In this document: piece by piece, positions 1 to 10,770 of the stretch
Layout of the letters: every line of letters starts with the position of its first letter
How positions within the stretch are numbered: position 1 is the stretch's first letter
DNA from: an uncultured Chloroflexia bacterium
Lineage (GTDB): Bacteria > Chloroflexota > Chloroflexia > QHBQ01 > JADMIH01
Assembly: GCA_963797095.1 (NCBI GenBank)
Contig: CAWCNY010000001.1
Coordinates: forward strand, 128,001 to 192,000
Direction of reading: 5' to 3'
DNA: 64,000 nucleotides
Made by a program: the position numbers and the translations under genes
The notes under the pieces: generated by a model
Seen by the model: only the letters and a program-made list of their open reading frames with translations
The model's database searches: none
What the model was told of the DNA's origin: nothing

Positions 1-2
1 GA

Positions 3-2387
3 GGGCGCGTATTCTACGCGATCGCCACTCTCGTTGGGGCGCTGGCAAGCTCGGGGCCTTGCGTGCTGACCTTTGAGGACCTTCACTGGACTGATCCCAC
101 TTCCCTCGAATTGATCGAGAGCCTACTGCCGCTCATAAGGAGGGCGCCTCTCCTGATCCTGGCCATCTTCCGGCCTCAGCCGCAAGACCCGTCCTGGCGC
201 TTCCACGAGATCGCTTCTAGCGATTACGCGCAGAGCTACACGCCTATCATCTTGCAGCCGCTCGATGAAGAGCAATCTCGCCAGCTTGTGGCCAATCTCC
301 TGGAGATCGAAGACCTGCCGGAAAAGGTGCGCGCGCTCATTCTGCAGAAGGCAGAGGGGAATCCATTCTACGTAGAAGAGGTTATCCGCTCCCTTCTAGA
401 CGCCGGGTTGGTGGTGCGAGTGGACGGCCACTGGCGGGCCACCCGCGAGATCGAGAATATAGCAGTGCCCGATACCCTGGCCGGTGTAATCACTGCGCGT
501 CTCGACAGACTGGACGACGAATCGAAGTATGTAGCCCAGACCGCGTCGGTCATCGGCAGGGAGTTTCAGTACGATGTGTTAGGGGACGTCTACGAAGCCC
601 CGCAAGAGATCGATCGGGCTCTCTCTACGTTGCAGCAAAGAGAGTTGGTGCGCGAGAAGAGCCAGGTTCTTGCTGCGCAATTCAGGCCCAGGCGTGCCTA
701 CCTCTTCAAACATGTGCTCACCCAGGAGACCGCTTACGCATCAGTGCTCCTGAGCAGGCGTAGAGAGCTGCACCGCAAAGTAGCCGAGTATCTGGAGCGA
801 GTAGAGCCCGAACGCGCCAGCGAGATCGGGAGACACTTCCTGCAAGCGCGGCAACAGGCACGCGCCCTGCCCTACCTGCTGGAGGCGGGAGACCGGGCTC
901 TTCGCTCGGGGGCACGCGCAGAGGCTGCCAGCTATTACACGAAGATAATCGAGGCGCTACCGCAGGCGGACAACCTTGAAATTGGGCGGCGCGCTTACGA
1001 GGGTTTGGGCAAGGCGCGGGAGTTCACCATGGACGTGCCGGGTGCGATAGAGAGCTACAATGCCATGCTGCAATTCGGCCGGCAGCACGGCGATGCGCCT
1101 GTGCAGGTCTCTGCCCTGAACAAGTTATCGCTTATCGAAGTGATGATGCTTGGACAATACGACGAGGCAGAAAAGCACCTGGCCGAATCGGAAGAACTTG
1201 CCCTCGAAAATGAAGAAGTGCCCGGGTTGGTCGAGTTGTACACGGTGCGCTGTGGTATGTGCTCGGCGGTGGCCGACTTCGGCAACGCGAGTAGGTACCT
1301 GAGTGAGGCAGCCCAGCTCGGGAGCAAGATGGACGATATACAGACTATCGCCTATGGGTTGGCCCACAAGTCGAATATGCTCACCCACATGACCGAATAC
1401 GAAGAGGCATGGGAGACTGCTCAGGAGGGCTTGAAGGTAGCCGAGGAAGCCAATAACTTGGAACGTCGCGCCGAAATCCTTACCTATAGTGTCCCTGTTT
1501 ACCATATGCGTAACGGCCAGCTTACCGAGGCACAGCAGGCTGCGGAAGAGGGCTATGAGATTGCGGTGAGGATCGGCACTACTTACCCGCCTTTGCTGGG
1601 AGCAATTATGCTTGGCTACCTCGCTCAGATGCAAGGTGACTACGAAGCCGCCATACAGTGGTTCGAGCGTGCCCTGGAGCGCGCTCGCCCGTTGATCGAG
1701 GTCGTGCCGTTCATGACCGCCATTCCCTTGGGCGGACTCGGCTCGGTATGTCTGAACATCAGCACCAAAATGGTAGACAAAGTAGTAAAGCTGCATGCGC
1801 AAGCTCTGGAGATTTTGCGCACGCCCACAGGCGCGCTCGCCGGAGGCAATGGGTGGGCCGACCTGGGCTTCTGCGCCCTCGAGTTGGGCCAGATAGAGCA
1901 TGCCGACGAGTACTTTCAGAACGGTTTGCATGGCCCATCCATACAGATGTATGTGCAGCGCCCCAGATTGCTGGCAGGAGCGGCGCTGGTAGCTCTAGCG
2001 AAAAACCGTGTGGATGAAGCAGCAAAGTTGGTGGGCGAGGCGCGACACTACGCCGAAGAACGCCGCATGAAATCTGACTATCCTCTCGTCAGTATCGTCG
2101 ACGCGAAAGTGAGCGCAGCCCGAGGAGACACCGAAGCCGCTCTGAGGCTCTACAGAGAAGCGGTCAGCCTGGCTCTGGAGATGAAGATGCTCCCCATTGC
2201 GCTGCAGGCCCGCCTGGGCGCGCTGGCAGTACTGGCGGACTGTGGGCAATTGTCAGAGGCTGCTCAGCTCCGCCACGATGCCCAATCCACAATCGATGTA
2301 ATGGCAGGGTCGTTCAAGAGCGACGAGTACCGCAAGATGTTTGTCGAAAGCGCTGGCGAGAAGCTGGCGAGAAGCTGGCGAACGTAA
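3..2387 (+). CDS. AAA/STAND-type ATPase with C-terminal TPR repeats (adenylate/guanylate cyclase-associated family), 5'-partial
   Basis: Frame open from base 3. Walker B-like 'LTFEDLHWTD', 'AEGNPFYVEE', 'ARLDRL..ASVIGREF' and 'YLFKHVLTQETAY' motifs, followed by TPR-like helices. Confidence 0.85.
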   Translation, partial: GRVFYAIATLVGALASSGPCVLTFEDLHWTDPTSLELIESLLPLIRRAPLLILAIFRPQPQDPSWRFHEIASSDYAQSYTPIILQPLDEEQSRQLVANLLEIEDLPEKVRALILQKAEGNPFYVEEVIRSLLDAGLVVRVDGHWRATREIENIAVPDTLAGVITARLDRLDDESKYVAQTASVIGREFQYDVLGDVYEAPQEIDRALSTLQQRELVREKSQVLAAQFRPRRAYLFKHVLTQETAYASVLLSRRRELHRKVAEYLERVEPERASEIGRHFLQARQQARALPYLLEAGDRALRSGARAEAASYYTKIIEALPQADNLEIGRRAYEGLGKAREFTMDVPGAIESYNAMLQFGRQHGDAPVQVSALNKLSLIEVMMLGQYDEAEKHLAESEELALENEEVPGLVELYTVRCGMCSAVADFGNASRYLSEAAQLGSKMDDIQTIAYGLAHKSNMLTHMTEYEEAWETAQEGLKVAEEANNLERRAEILTYSVPVYHMRNGQLTEAQQAAEEGYEIAVRIGTTYPPLLGAIMLGYLAQMQGDYEAAIQWFERALERARPLIEVVPFMTAIPLGGLGSVCLNISTKMVDKVVKLHAQALEILRTPTGALAGGNGWADLGFCALELGQIEHADEYFQNGLHGPSIQMYVQRPRLLAGAALVALAKNRVDEAAKLVGEARHYAEERRMKSDYPLVSIVDAKVSAARGDTEAALRLYREAVSLALEMKMLPIALQARLGALAVLADCGQLSEAAQLRHDAQSTIDVMAGSFKSDEYRKMFVESAGEKLARSWRT

Positions 2388-2560
2388 CGAGTATTTCGTC
2401 TTGGATGTGTCAGAAACCGGACCACAGGGTGGCAGGAAGGGAGTAATAGGTAGTTTATCATTGGTAAATTACACCAATCGAAACTCTACCTGGCAAGAAC
2501 TGCTGTCCGACGAAGTTGTGGTCATCAGAAAGCACACAGCACCGTCCCCGCTCTCCACTA

Positions 2561-2959
2561 TTATTGGGCTCTCCCGCCCCGCGGGCGCAGTTGTTCGAGA
2601 CGGATGTCGTGCTGCCAGAAGTCGTGCATGTCATACTCGTACTCGAAGCGTTCACCCGGCCGCAGCTTGAAATCGGAGAGCTTCACGTGAGAGGGATTGT
2701 CATCGAACAAGATACCACCGTCTCGGTAAATGCCAGCCTCTTTGCCAAAGATGAGAAAGCGATGCAAATGCAAGTTCTCCCAGCCCATGGCTATCTGGAG
2801 AATGCTGTGCAGTTGGGCGATGGTCGTATCGCTGGTCACCAGGAGGCGGCGCCAGATCATGGGACTGCAATGGCGCAGCACCACCTTGAGTTGATAGACC
2901 TGGCCGTCGGCTTGCGTTTGATCATCGCTCACAAAAGCGGAAGAGGAGCAATTCTCCAT
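2561..2959 (-). pseudogene. pRiA4b ORF-3 family protein, C-terminally truncated
   Basis: 'VYQLKVVL..SPMIWRRLLV..TIAQLH..LQIAMGWENLHLHRF...YEYD..DFWQHDIRLE'. It stops before the usual 'CxxGxxAxPPED' tail. Confidence 0.7.
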
Positions 2960-3151
2960 ACATATCGCCTATATCGCCAATGACAGAGACTCGACGTGGG
3001 TGGCGATACCCCGACTTTTAGTGCTCTCTGGCCAGTGACGCCCCGCTTGCTCTGGCGTATTGCGTAGATACTGAGCGCCAGACATAGGATTACGAGCCAG
3101 AGAGCCACTGTGAACAAACCTGTTCGTTTGTTTTGCACAGTGACCCGCAGG

Positions 3152-4888
3152 CTAGTCATTGAATAAATCCTCCAGCGAGACTTTAGCTTTATCGGCGCGG
3201 GCGAGGTTTTGGTCGATTTGGCGGGCGGGTTTGGTGGGGGTGGATTTGAGGTCGTTGTAGAAGGTGGTGTCGAAGGTGCGGACGCGGAGGACTACTTCCA
3301 TGGGGACGGCGTGGCCCATTAGCATGACTTCTTGCTTGGAGTTGAGGGTGGCGAGGAGGTTTTTTAGCTGGGTGCCGCCCCGGATACCTGTGAAGACGGA
3401 GTCGATGTCGCGTTCGTCGTTGAGGAGGGCGGTTATGCGCGTGCCTAATTGGCTCATTACTTCATCGTCTATGCCGGACGGGCGCTGGTCGATGACCATG
3501 AGGGTGACGAGGTATTTGCGCATTTCGCGGGCGATGGTGCCGAAGATGGTGGCGGAGTTGCGGGAGAGGAATTTGTGGGCTTCTTCGATGGTGATCATGA
3601 GGGGTTTGGGGGGTTCGGCTTTGCCGTCTTCGTGGTCTTCGGACCAGCTGACCCAGGAGTTGTGGATGCGTTTGGTGAGGATGTTGGCGACGAGCATGTA
3701 GGCGAGGGTGGAGCGGTGCTGGCCGAACATGAGGATAACGTGCTTGTCCGATTTGAGGTCGGAGATGAGGCCTTCGATGCCGGTGCCGACGCGCTGGGAG
3801 GAGCGGGTGACGAAGGCAAGGTCGGCGATGGTTTCGAGCTTGCGTTTGAGGCCTTCGAGGGAGCCTGTGTGAGCGCCTGTTTCTTTGGCGAAGTCGTTGA
3901 GGTCTTCGGAGGACATGGAGATGAGGCGTTCAATCCAGCCGGAACCGAGCTTGCGGTGGGCCTGGCGGGCGGTGATGATGGCGGCTGAGCCTTCGCCCAT
4001 TTTTAGCTCGGAGGCGAGGGCTTCGATGTCGTCGATGGTGATGTCGGAGAGGGGGATGCGGATGGTGCCGTCGGCCCCGCCGCCACGACGGGAGGCTTCT
4101 TCGTCCATTGTGTAGAGGGCGACGCGGGATTTGCCGAAGAGATCGCGGAGGCCGCGTGCGACTGTGTTGTTTTCGAGGCGCTTTTCGGAGGCGTACTCGG
4201 AGTGCATGTCGAAGATGAGGTTGGTGGAGGCGTTGGAGGCGATGAGGCCGGAGAGGAGGAGGCGGGCGAGGACGGATTTGCCGGTGCCTGAGCGTCCGAA
4301 GATGCCGTTGGAGCGTTCGACGAAGCGGCGGAGGTCGATGCAGATGGGGGCGGCGAGGGCGTCGGCTTCGTCGAGCTCGCGGGGGTAGCCCACGATGAAG
4401 TGGTGTTTATCGGGCTGGCCGAATACGAGGCCGTAGTCGGTGGTGCCTGCGGAGTAGGAGGGGGAGAAGGGGCCGGGGATGGTGCGGGCGGGGCGGGGGG
4501 TGCCTTCGGGGGAGAGCTCGAGGGCGAGGCGGACGTTGCATTCGGCGTAGGTGGCGGAGCGGGAGAGGGTTTCGTGGATTAGTGATTTTGGATTTTGGAT
4601 TTTGGATTTTGGATCTGAGTAAGTGTCGGGGGGGTCCATGGCTATGGTGGGGTCGGTGGAGGCGAGGCGGAAGGAGCTGATGGTGCCGAAGAAGCGGACG
4701 TGGCGGCCTTCTACTACTACGAATTGACCCTGGCGCAGTAGCTCGACTGCCTGGTCGCGGTGGAGGTGGATGGTGACGCCGCGCTCGGTGTCGGCGGCGG
4801 TTACCTGGCCCAGGAGGTGGCGCTCGCCTGGGGTTGGTTGGTGGTTTTTTGAGAGGAGTTGGGAGACTAGGGAGCCGTTGTTTTCCAT
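3152..4888 (-). CDS. herA: HerA-family helicase/ATPase (HAS barrel + DUF87/FtsK-HerA ATPase)
   Basis: Walker A 'GIFGRSGTGKS', 'IFDMHSEY', Walker B 'ITIEEAHKFL', 'IAREMRKY', 'IDQRPS'. Confidence 0.9.
   Translation of the reverse strand: MENNGSLVSQLLSKNHQPTPGERHLLGQVTAADTERGVTIHLHRDQAVELLRQGQFVVVEGRHVRFFGTISSFRLASTDPTIAMDPPDTYSDPKSKIQNPKSLIHETLSRSATYAECNVRLALELSPEGTPRPARTIPGPFSPSYSAGTTDYGLVFGQPDKHHFIVGYPRELDEADALAAPICIDLRRFVERSNGIFGRSGTGKSVLARLLLSGLIASNASTNLIFDMHSEYASEKRLENNTVARGLRDLFGKSRVALYTMDEEASRRGGGADGTIRIPLSDITIDDIEALASELKMGEGSAAIITARQAHRKLGSGWIERLISMSSEDLNDFAKETGAHTGSLEGLKRKLETIADLAFVTRSSQRVGTGIEGLISDLKSDKHVILMFGQHRSTLAYMLVANILTKRIHNSWVSWSEDHEDGKAEPPKPLMITIEEAHKFLSRNSATIFGTIAREMRKYLVTLMVIDQRPSGIDDEVMSQLGTRITALLNDERDIDSVFTGIRGGTQLKNLLATLNSKQEVMLMGHAVPMEVVLRVRTFDTTFYNDLKSTPTKPARQIDQNLARADKAKVSLEDLFND
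4584..4611. repeat. (GATTTTG)4 heptamer array inside herA, encoding PKSKIQNPKS
   Basis: Read directly; degenerate flanking units keep the frame open. Confidence 0.9.
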
Positions 4889-4910
4889 ATGTTATCTCTT
4901 TTCTTTTGGA

Positions 4911-5034
4911 ACACGAAGACACGAAGGAGAGCGAAGGGCACGAAGGATTCTTTTTGTTTATTTCCCGCAGAGGCGCAGAGAGCGCGGAGGTTGTTGATGA
5001 ACCACAGAGGCACAGAGGCACAGAGGCACGGAGG
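4911..5034. repeat. Intergenic short tandem repeats: ACACGAAG-type, GCAGAG-type and (CACRGAGG)4
   Basis: CACAGAGG x3 + CACGGAGG at 5003-5034; CACGAAG-like units at 4911-4946. Confidence 0.85.
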
Positions 5035-5037
5035 CTT

Positions 5038-5724
5038 TTAGAGTTTGACGTTGCCGACTGAGGATGCGATGCCGATGCCATTGCCGTTGGTGGGTTGAGG
5101 TGTGGGTGGGGTTGTAGGAGTGGTGAGGGTGTCGAGGGTTTTTAGGATGGCGAGGAGGCGGTCGTACTGGCCTTTTAGCTGGCGGCCCAGGTATTCGGCT
5201 GTGGATTGGAGCCAGGGGTGGTCGGATTGGCGGGCGTGGTAGGCGCGGAGGAGGAGGTGGACGAGCACCTGGTCGATGGCGGCGGGTGGGGCGTCGGTGG
5301 TGTAGAGGAGGAGGCGGAGGTAGTCGGGTTGGGCGGTGAAGGCGATTAACTCGTCGTCGGTGGCGAGGTAGGCTTTGTAGTGGACGCGGGGAGGGGTGGA
5401 GGGGAAGGAGTATGCGATTTCTGCCTTCTGCTTACTGCCTTCTGCCTTTTGGTCCGGGTAGCAGCCTACGGTGATGGCGGTGAAGTTGGTGCGGAGGGTG
5501 CGTTGGAGGTCGGGGTATAGGTTGTAGACGCCGCCATCGTCGTCGGAGGGGGAGCCTTTGGCAGAGATGGGGCCGAGGCCCTCGGTGCGGGCGGAGGCTA
5601 CTACGCCGAGGACGTTTTCGGCGATGACGAGGCCGCCGAGAGGGGGCGTGGCGTTTAGCTCGTAGGATTCGACTGTGAAGTTGCTGTAGGAGGTGGCGAT
5701 TATTTCGCCTAGTTGTTGTCTCAT
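5038..5724 (-). CDS. Stand-alone HAS-barrel domain protein
   Basis: 'LGEIIATS..FTVESYEL..PPLGGLV', 'YPDL..LRTNF', 'PPRVH'. It lies directly upstream of herA. Confidence 0.8.
   Translation of the reverse strand: MRQQLGEIIATSYSNFTVESYELNATPPLGGLVIAENVLGVVASARTEGLGPISAKGSPSDDDGGVYNLYPDLQRTLRTNFTAITVGCYPDQKAEGSKQKAEIAYSFPSTPPRVHYKAYLATDDELIAFTAQPDYLRLLLYTTDAPPAAIDQVLVHLLLRAYHARQSDHPWLQSTAEYLGRQLKGQYDRLLAILKTLDTLTTPTTPPTPQPTNGNGIGIASSVGNVKL
5419..5446. repeat. (TWCTGCY)4 heptamer array inside the HAS-barrel gene (KAEGSKQKAE)
   Basis: ttctgcc-ttctgct-tactgcc-ttctgcc read directly. Confidence 0.85.
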
Positions 5725-5743
5725 GGGTTTGTTGCCGGGGTGG

Positions 5744-6328
5744 TTATTTTTTGTGGCCGGGTTTCCAGTGCTTGCCCAGGGGCTTTTGCGGCTTGCCGGA
5801 GCGTCCGGTGGGGCGGCCTTTTGGTCTGCCTGTGGGGCCTACGGGTCGGGTGGGGTTGGTGGGGTTGGTGGGGTTGGGGAGGAGGTTATCGGTGGCCTTG
5901 AGGGTATTGTATATCGACATGGCCCAGGTGTTGACGTTCTGCACGTAGTTTTGGGGGCCGAGGGCTACTACGTCGGCGGTGGTCATGGGCCATACGATGG
6001 GGTGTTTGTAGGTGCCGCGCGAGCCGTCGTCGGAGGTGACTTTGAAGCGGCGGCGATTGGCGTTGAGGCGGTCTTTTTCGCGACGGCGGACCTGTTCGGG
6101 GGTTATGTTGGTTTCGATGAACTCGGTGAGGAGCTTGATGGCGCCTTCTAGCCCTTCCTGGGAGTAGATGGAGGGGTGCTGGAGGTGGTAGGAGAGGACG
6201 GAGAGGTGGTGGACGGCCCAGCGGGATTCGTCCTCGGTTTCCCAGGCGAGGAGGGTGTTGAAGTCGTCGTTGCAGGTTTGGTTGGGGGAGGGGTGCTTGG
6301 CACCGCATTCGGGGCAGGTAGTTGTCAT
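5744..6328 (-). CDS. DUF5946-like protein with N-terminal CxxC
   Basis: 'CPECGA...C...F..LL..E...HHLSV..Y.LQHP', 'WPMT..DV'. The tail has a 9-bp repeat (PTNPTNPT). Confidence 0.65.
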   Translation of the reverse strand: MTTTCPECGAKHPSPNQTCNDDFNTLLAWETEDESRWAVHHLSVLSYHLQHPSIYSQEGLEGAIKLLTEFIETNITPEQVRRREKDRLNANRRRFKVTSDDGSRGTYKHPIVWPMTTADVVALGPQNYVQNVNTWAMSIYNTLKATDNLLPNPTNPTNPTRPVGPTGRPKGRPTGRSGKPQKPLGKHWKPGHKK

Positions 6329-6528
6329 GTTAGTTCCAGGTTTCAGGTGTTGCGAGTTGGGTGGTTGGTTGCCATATTTTGGATCATAGTGTTTGTTGTG
6401 TCTAGCGTGTTGGGATAAGCCTAGTGTGGTCTTGCTTCATGAAAAATGACACTTAGGGGCCTCTGATCCAGGTGAGTAGAATCGGGTAAGGACGTGCAGA
6501 TCAGATGGCCTGCCTGATCATGCGCTTG

Positions 6529-6927
6529 CTAGGGCATTTGCTTGTACTTACTGTATTCTTGGATCCAACCATCTTCCCCGAATAATTCTCCGTGAATTCC
6601 ATCACTTTCCTCTTCTACATTCCTTCCGTCTACAATTATCTGGATGCTATTCTCAAAGTCGGCCTGTTCTTGTAGTTTGAATAAGAGATCGTGAATTCCA
6701 CCGTCGAGCGATGAGATCAAACATTCTCTTAGAACTACTCTCTGCTCATCTGTGAGATTGAGGGCCGCGATTCGCGCCTGAAGGCTATCGTTTGCACAGC
6801 GTGCCGCCATAGTCATGTCATAGCTGTGCATAACGCTATCACGAAGGTGCTCCACGAGGAACTTACCGAACTTTGCGAGAGGATCTAGATCCTCATACCC
6901 TTTCAAGGATCGATAACGGTTATTCAT
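6529..6927 (-). CDS. Hypothetical protein (low GC, possibly immunity-like)
   Basis: 132-aa ORF with RBS and C-terminal 'SDGIHGELFGEDGWIQEYSK'; composition differs from neighbours. Confidence 0.6.
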   Translation of the reverse strand: MNNRYRSLKGYEDLDPLAKFGKFLVEHLRDSVMHSYDMTMAARCANDSLQARIAALNLTDEQRVVLRECLISSLDGGIHDLLFKLQEQADFENSIQIIVDGRNVEEESDGIHGELFGEDGWIQEYSKYKQMP

Positions 6928-7417
6928 ATTTAGCCCCTCTTAGATAGCCTGCTCGATCATCCTCTTGCCCCCAGCTTTTTCGGCGTGGCGCGGAGATGCC
7001 GGATTAGTTGGGTAAGATAGTTTGGATCGGGCTGAATAGGTCTAGCAGGCGAGCGCCATCCTGTGGGGTGAGAAATACCTGTACCTCGTCCTCTTCATTC
7101 TGCCCTTCGATAGCTATCCTAAGCATCAGGAACGTGCTGGGTTCCCACACTTATGACAAACTCCGACTGCAAAAGCTCATATTCGCTTTGTATGGATTCC
7201 GTCCACATGGATTGTCTGCTTGGATCATCGACTACGAGTTGCAGAGCATTACTCCAAGCCAAGCGCAGGCGGCTCCATTGTTCTTTTGCCAGGCAAACTT
7301 AAACGTCGGCGCCATGTTCAGCCGTGACAAGGAGGCATATTGATCCCTCCTCAGTGCGGAGCATAAAGAAGACCTTGTCGGAGGAAAAAGCGTCAACAAT
7401 CTCCAGTGTGGCGAAAA

Positions 7418-10273
7418 TCATATATCTTTCGCAATCGAATGCCGGGATGATGCCGGGTAAGCCCCGGACATTGGTAGTGAAGCGATGGGGGGCGGTTGCG
7501 TGCAGGCCTGGATTGTTGAGGGCTGCTGTAGTCCGGATGGGCGCGCCGGCGGCGTGAAGGTTGGCACGGGAGTACAACTCTGCTGCCGCATGGATAGGGT
7601 GTAATCTCCGTAGCAGACGCCACCGGTGCAGAGGGCAGAGCTGGTGCTGTACTGGGTGACTACCACGTAGTAGTAACCTGCCACAACGTTAGCCTGCACC
7701 TGGGAAGCTGAGCCGCAGAAGTCGTCGTTGGCTGCGGTGGCGACGGTACAGCCGTTGGGCACGAAGCCGGGCATCTGTGCCCCACCGGGTGCTTGATAGA
7801 TCGCTACGAAGGTGTCGAAGTTGGCTGACCCTCCGCCCGCAGCGCACAGGCTGGCCATGATGGTGGATGCCGAGGCCTGATTGAATTCGTACACATCGTA
7901 ATGGACACCCGCGCCGGTGGAACTGGTGGTGCAACTGCCACCTTGTGTGAAGGTGTTGGGCCGCTGGAATGTGGGGTCGGTGGTTGTTATGGACCCTGAG
8001 AAGGTGCCCAGGGGTTGGAACGGGCAGGGCGTGGCGGTGGCGGTAGCGGTAAGCGTGGGTGTGGATGTGCGGGTTGGGGTGGCAGTTGGCACGCAGGTTT
8101 GTGTGGTGATCGATAGATTGTAATCACCGTAGCAGAGGCCGCCTGTGCAGAGGGCAGAGCTGGTGCTGTACTGGGTGACTACCACGTAGTAGTAACCTGC
8201 CACAACGTTAGCCTGCACCTGGGAGGCTGAGCCGCAGAAGTCGTCGTTGGCTGCGGTGGCGAGGGTACAGCCGTTGGGCACGAAGCCGGGCATCTGTGCC
8301 CCACCGGGTGCTTGATAGATCGCTATGAAGGTGTCGAAGTTGGCTGACCCTCCGCCCGTAGCGCATAGACTTGCTTGCACTGACTGAGCGGAAGGCACTG
8401 TAAGTTCATATACATCGTAGTGGACACCCGCGCCGGTGGAACTGGTGGTGCAACTGCCACCTTGTGTGAAGGTGTTGGGCCGCTGGAATGTGGGGTCGGT
8501 GGTTGTTATGGACCCGGAGAAGACCAACGAGCATACGGTGCTGGTGGCGGTTGGAGTGTTGGTGGCGGTTGGAGTGTTGGTGGCGGTGGCTGTATGGGTT
8601 GGGCTGTTTGTTGGGGTGGTGGTTGAAGTACTTGTAGAGGTGTTGGTCCGTGTTGGTGTAGGGGTAGAGGTGCTGGTTCTGGTAGGTGTGTTAGTGGGTG
8701 TATTCGTGCTGGTGGCGGTTGATGTGCTGCTCGGTGTGCTGGTGTTAGTCAAGGTCGCGGTAGGGGTGGACGTGCCGGTCCTGGTGGGTGTGTTGGTGGG
8801 CGTATTGGTAAAGGTGCTTGTTGAGGTAACGGTCGGGGTGCCGGTGGGTGTGTTGGTCGCCGTGCTTGTGAGTGTGGGGGTGCGGGTGTGAGTAGCAGTG
8901 GGGGTGGATGTGCTTGTGGAAGTAATGGTAAGTGTGGGGGTGCGGGTGGACGTGCCGGTGCTTGTGGGCGTGTTGGTCGGTGTGTTGGTCGGTGTGTTGG
9001 TGGAGGTAGGGGTGGATGTAGATGTACTGGTGGACGTGTGGGTGGCCGTATGGGTGGCGGTGGCCGTATGGGTGGCGGTCGCGGTGCGTGTGGGGGTCGA
9101 GGTGTTAGTTGGGGTGTTAGACGGTGTATTTGTGATGGTGGGGGTATGAGTGCTGGTGTTTGTAGGTGCGGGAGTAATGGTACCGCTTGCTGTGTTTGTG
9201 GGGGTGGGAGTGACGGTGGGAGTGGAAGTTGAAGTCGAGGTGGAAGTGGAGGTGGATGTTGCGGTAAATGTCGACGCGGAAGTGGGGGTGGAGGTGCTGG
9301 TGGGAGCGGCGGTAATGACGGGGGTGCCGGTGGGCAGGATGTTCGGAGTGGGTGTGTATGTTGCGGTGTTGGTGGGGGTGCCGGTGGGCGTGGGGGTGCC
9401 GGTTGGTTGTAGGGTGAAGGTTGCCGATGGAGCTACAGCCAGAGTGGGGGTCGGGGTGGGGGTTAGCGCGGGGCAAAGCCCGAAGGTGTTGACCACTATT
9501 TTGGAGGTCTGGCCCCTGGTTACATCGCTGGTCCACCTGAAGTAGGGGCGGTTGTCGGGGGGCACGCAGGGCTCGCCGGGGCTACCGCATGGGTAGCCTT
9601 GCATGATGTTCCTCTCGGCGAGGTTTTCGATCCAGAGGTAGAAGGGGTTGCCCGGAGGCACATCTTCGAAGATGTGGGCGGTGACAGGCTGGTTGAAGCC
9701 GGCACTTTCGGCGACTATTTTGGAGAGCTGCCCTCTGGTGGCGTGGTTATTGGACCTGTAGTAGGGGCGGTTGTCGGGGGGCACGCAGGGCTCGCCCGGA
9801 CCGCTGCATGGGTAGCCGCTGATGACGCCACGTTCGGCGAGGTCCTGGATGTAGATGTAGAAGGTGCTGCCGGGCGGGATGTCTTCGAAGAGTTGGGGGC
9901 CGCCTGGGGAGCCGCCAAAGCCGGCGGCGAGGTCGACGATCTTGGCTATCTGACCTCTTGTGACGGGGTTGTTGGGCCGGAAGGTGCCATCGGGGTAGCC
10001 CTGGACGATGCCCTGGCACGCGAGGCAGGTGATGAAGGTGTAGAAGGTGTGATCGGCGGGTACGTCGGTGAAGGTTGGGCAAGCGCCCGCGGGATCGGTT
10101 TGGTAGCTGACGGTGCGAATAGAGGCCGGAGTCTTGCCTTGCACCGTGCCTGCCCAGAGCGCGCCGGCCAGGAGAAAGAGCAAGGCATCGACCAGGAGAA
10201 AAGTAGCCAGGATCTCTCGGCGGAGGTGCGATGACCGAGGGGCCGCAGGGTAGGCAAAGAGTGGCTGTCTCAT
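7418..10273 (-). CDS. Secreted S-layer-homology (SLH) protein with Thr/Pro linker and two near-identical C-terminal beta domains (PPC-like)
   Basis: Hydrophobic N-terminus, three SLH repeats ('[22 protein letters not shown]'), a roughly 310-aa T/P/S linker and a duplicated '[24 protein letters not shown]' domain. ATG 10273 preferred to 10411. Confidence 0.8.
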   Translation of the reverse strand: MRQPLFAYPAAPRSSHLRREILATFLLVDALLFLLAGALWAGTVQGKTPASIRTVSYQTDPAGACPTFTDVPADHTFYTFITCLACQGIVQGYPDGTFRPNNPVTRGQIAKIVDLAAGFGGSPGGPQLFEDIPPGSTFYIYIQDLAERGVISGYPCSGPGEPCVPPDNRPYYRSNNHATRGQLSKIVAESAGFNQPVTAHIFEDVPPGNPFYLWIENLAERNIMQGYPCGSPGEPCVPPDNRPYFRWTSDVTRGQTSKIVVNTFGLCPALTPTPTPTLAVAPSATFTLQPTGTPTPTGTPTNTATYTPTPNILPTGTPVITAAPTSTSTPTSASTFTATSTSTSTSTSTSTPTVTPTPTNTASGTITPAPTNTSTHTPTITNTPSNTPTNTSTPTRTATATHTATATHTATHTSTSTSTSTPTSTNTPTNTPTNTPTSTGTSTRTPTLTITSTSTSTPTATHTRTPTLTSTATNTPTGTPTVTSTSTFTNTPTNTPTRTGTSTPTATLTNTSTPSSTSTATSTNTPTNTPTRTSTSTPTPTRTNTSTSTSTTTPTNSPTHTATATNTPTATNTPTATSTVCSLVFSGSITTTDPTFQRPNTFTQGGSCTTSSTGAGVHYDVYELTVPSAQSVQASLCATGGGSANFDTFIAIYQAPGGAQMPGFVPNGCTLATAANDDFCGSASQVQANVVAGYYYVVVTQYSTSSALCTGGLCYGDYNLSITTQTCVPTATPTRTSTPTLTATATATPCPFQPLGTFSGSITTTDPTFQRPNTFTQGGSCTTSSTGAGVHYDVYEFNQASASTIMASLCAAGGGSANFDTFVAIYQAPGGAQMPGFVPNGCTVATAANDDFCGSASQVQANVVAGYYYVVVTQYSTSSALCTGGVCYGDYTLSMRQQSCTPVPTFTPPARPSGLQQPSTIQACTQPPPIASLPMSGAYPASSRHSIAKDI
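7600..8521. repeat. Internal direct repeat of about 400 bp (about 7600-8002 and 8120-8521)
   Basis: Long stretches identical at DNA level, e.g. 'gtgcagagggcagagctggtgctgtactgggtgactaccacgtagtagtaacctgccacaacgttagcctgcacctggg' occurs twice. Confidence 0.9.
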
Positions 10274-10770
10274 AGGTGAGCTCCTGGGGTGCTGCAACTG
10301 TCGATAGCCGAAACGAAGAGCGGGTTTTGTTGGAAGGTGAAAGACTTTGTGACTACTGGTGTTTGTAGCCATGCTGGTGAAAGGTCCCAGGCAAAGCGAT
10401 TCGACCTGCATCTAAAGTCAATAGACCGGGAGCTGGAATGGTGCGCGTGGCCAGCGCGACACGAGCAGAGACGAACACCCCAAGTATAGCAGGGCGCTGG
10501 GCCAGGCGCAATAGGTTGGCGCTAACGATCTGTATTTCGTTGCCTGCGGATCTACTTTTCTGGAGGCGGATCAGCCCGTTATACTATGAGAAATCAGGGT
10601 TTTCTGCGTGCGCTTTTGTGAAGTAAGCCCAGCTATATTGTGGATCATGATCCTTACTGTGTCTACTGCGTTGGAGCGATCCCTGTTTCTTTTGTGTCCA
10701 CTTCTCCGCAGATAGACCGATCCTTTATACTACGAAAAAGTGATTTAGATACTCAGGTAGGAGTACAGCT

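Noticed and set aside
3152-4888. HerA as a Sir2-HerA or DUF4297-HerA anti-phage system
   Set aside because: Partners are NurA and a HAS-barrel protein, and the gene has native composition, consistent with the repair clade.
8540-9470. Highly repetitive GT-rich DNA as a non-coding repeat, and the Val-rich + strand ORFs
   Set aside because: Explained by the Thr/Pro linker codons of the minus-strand SLH protein.
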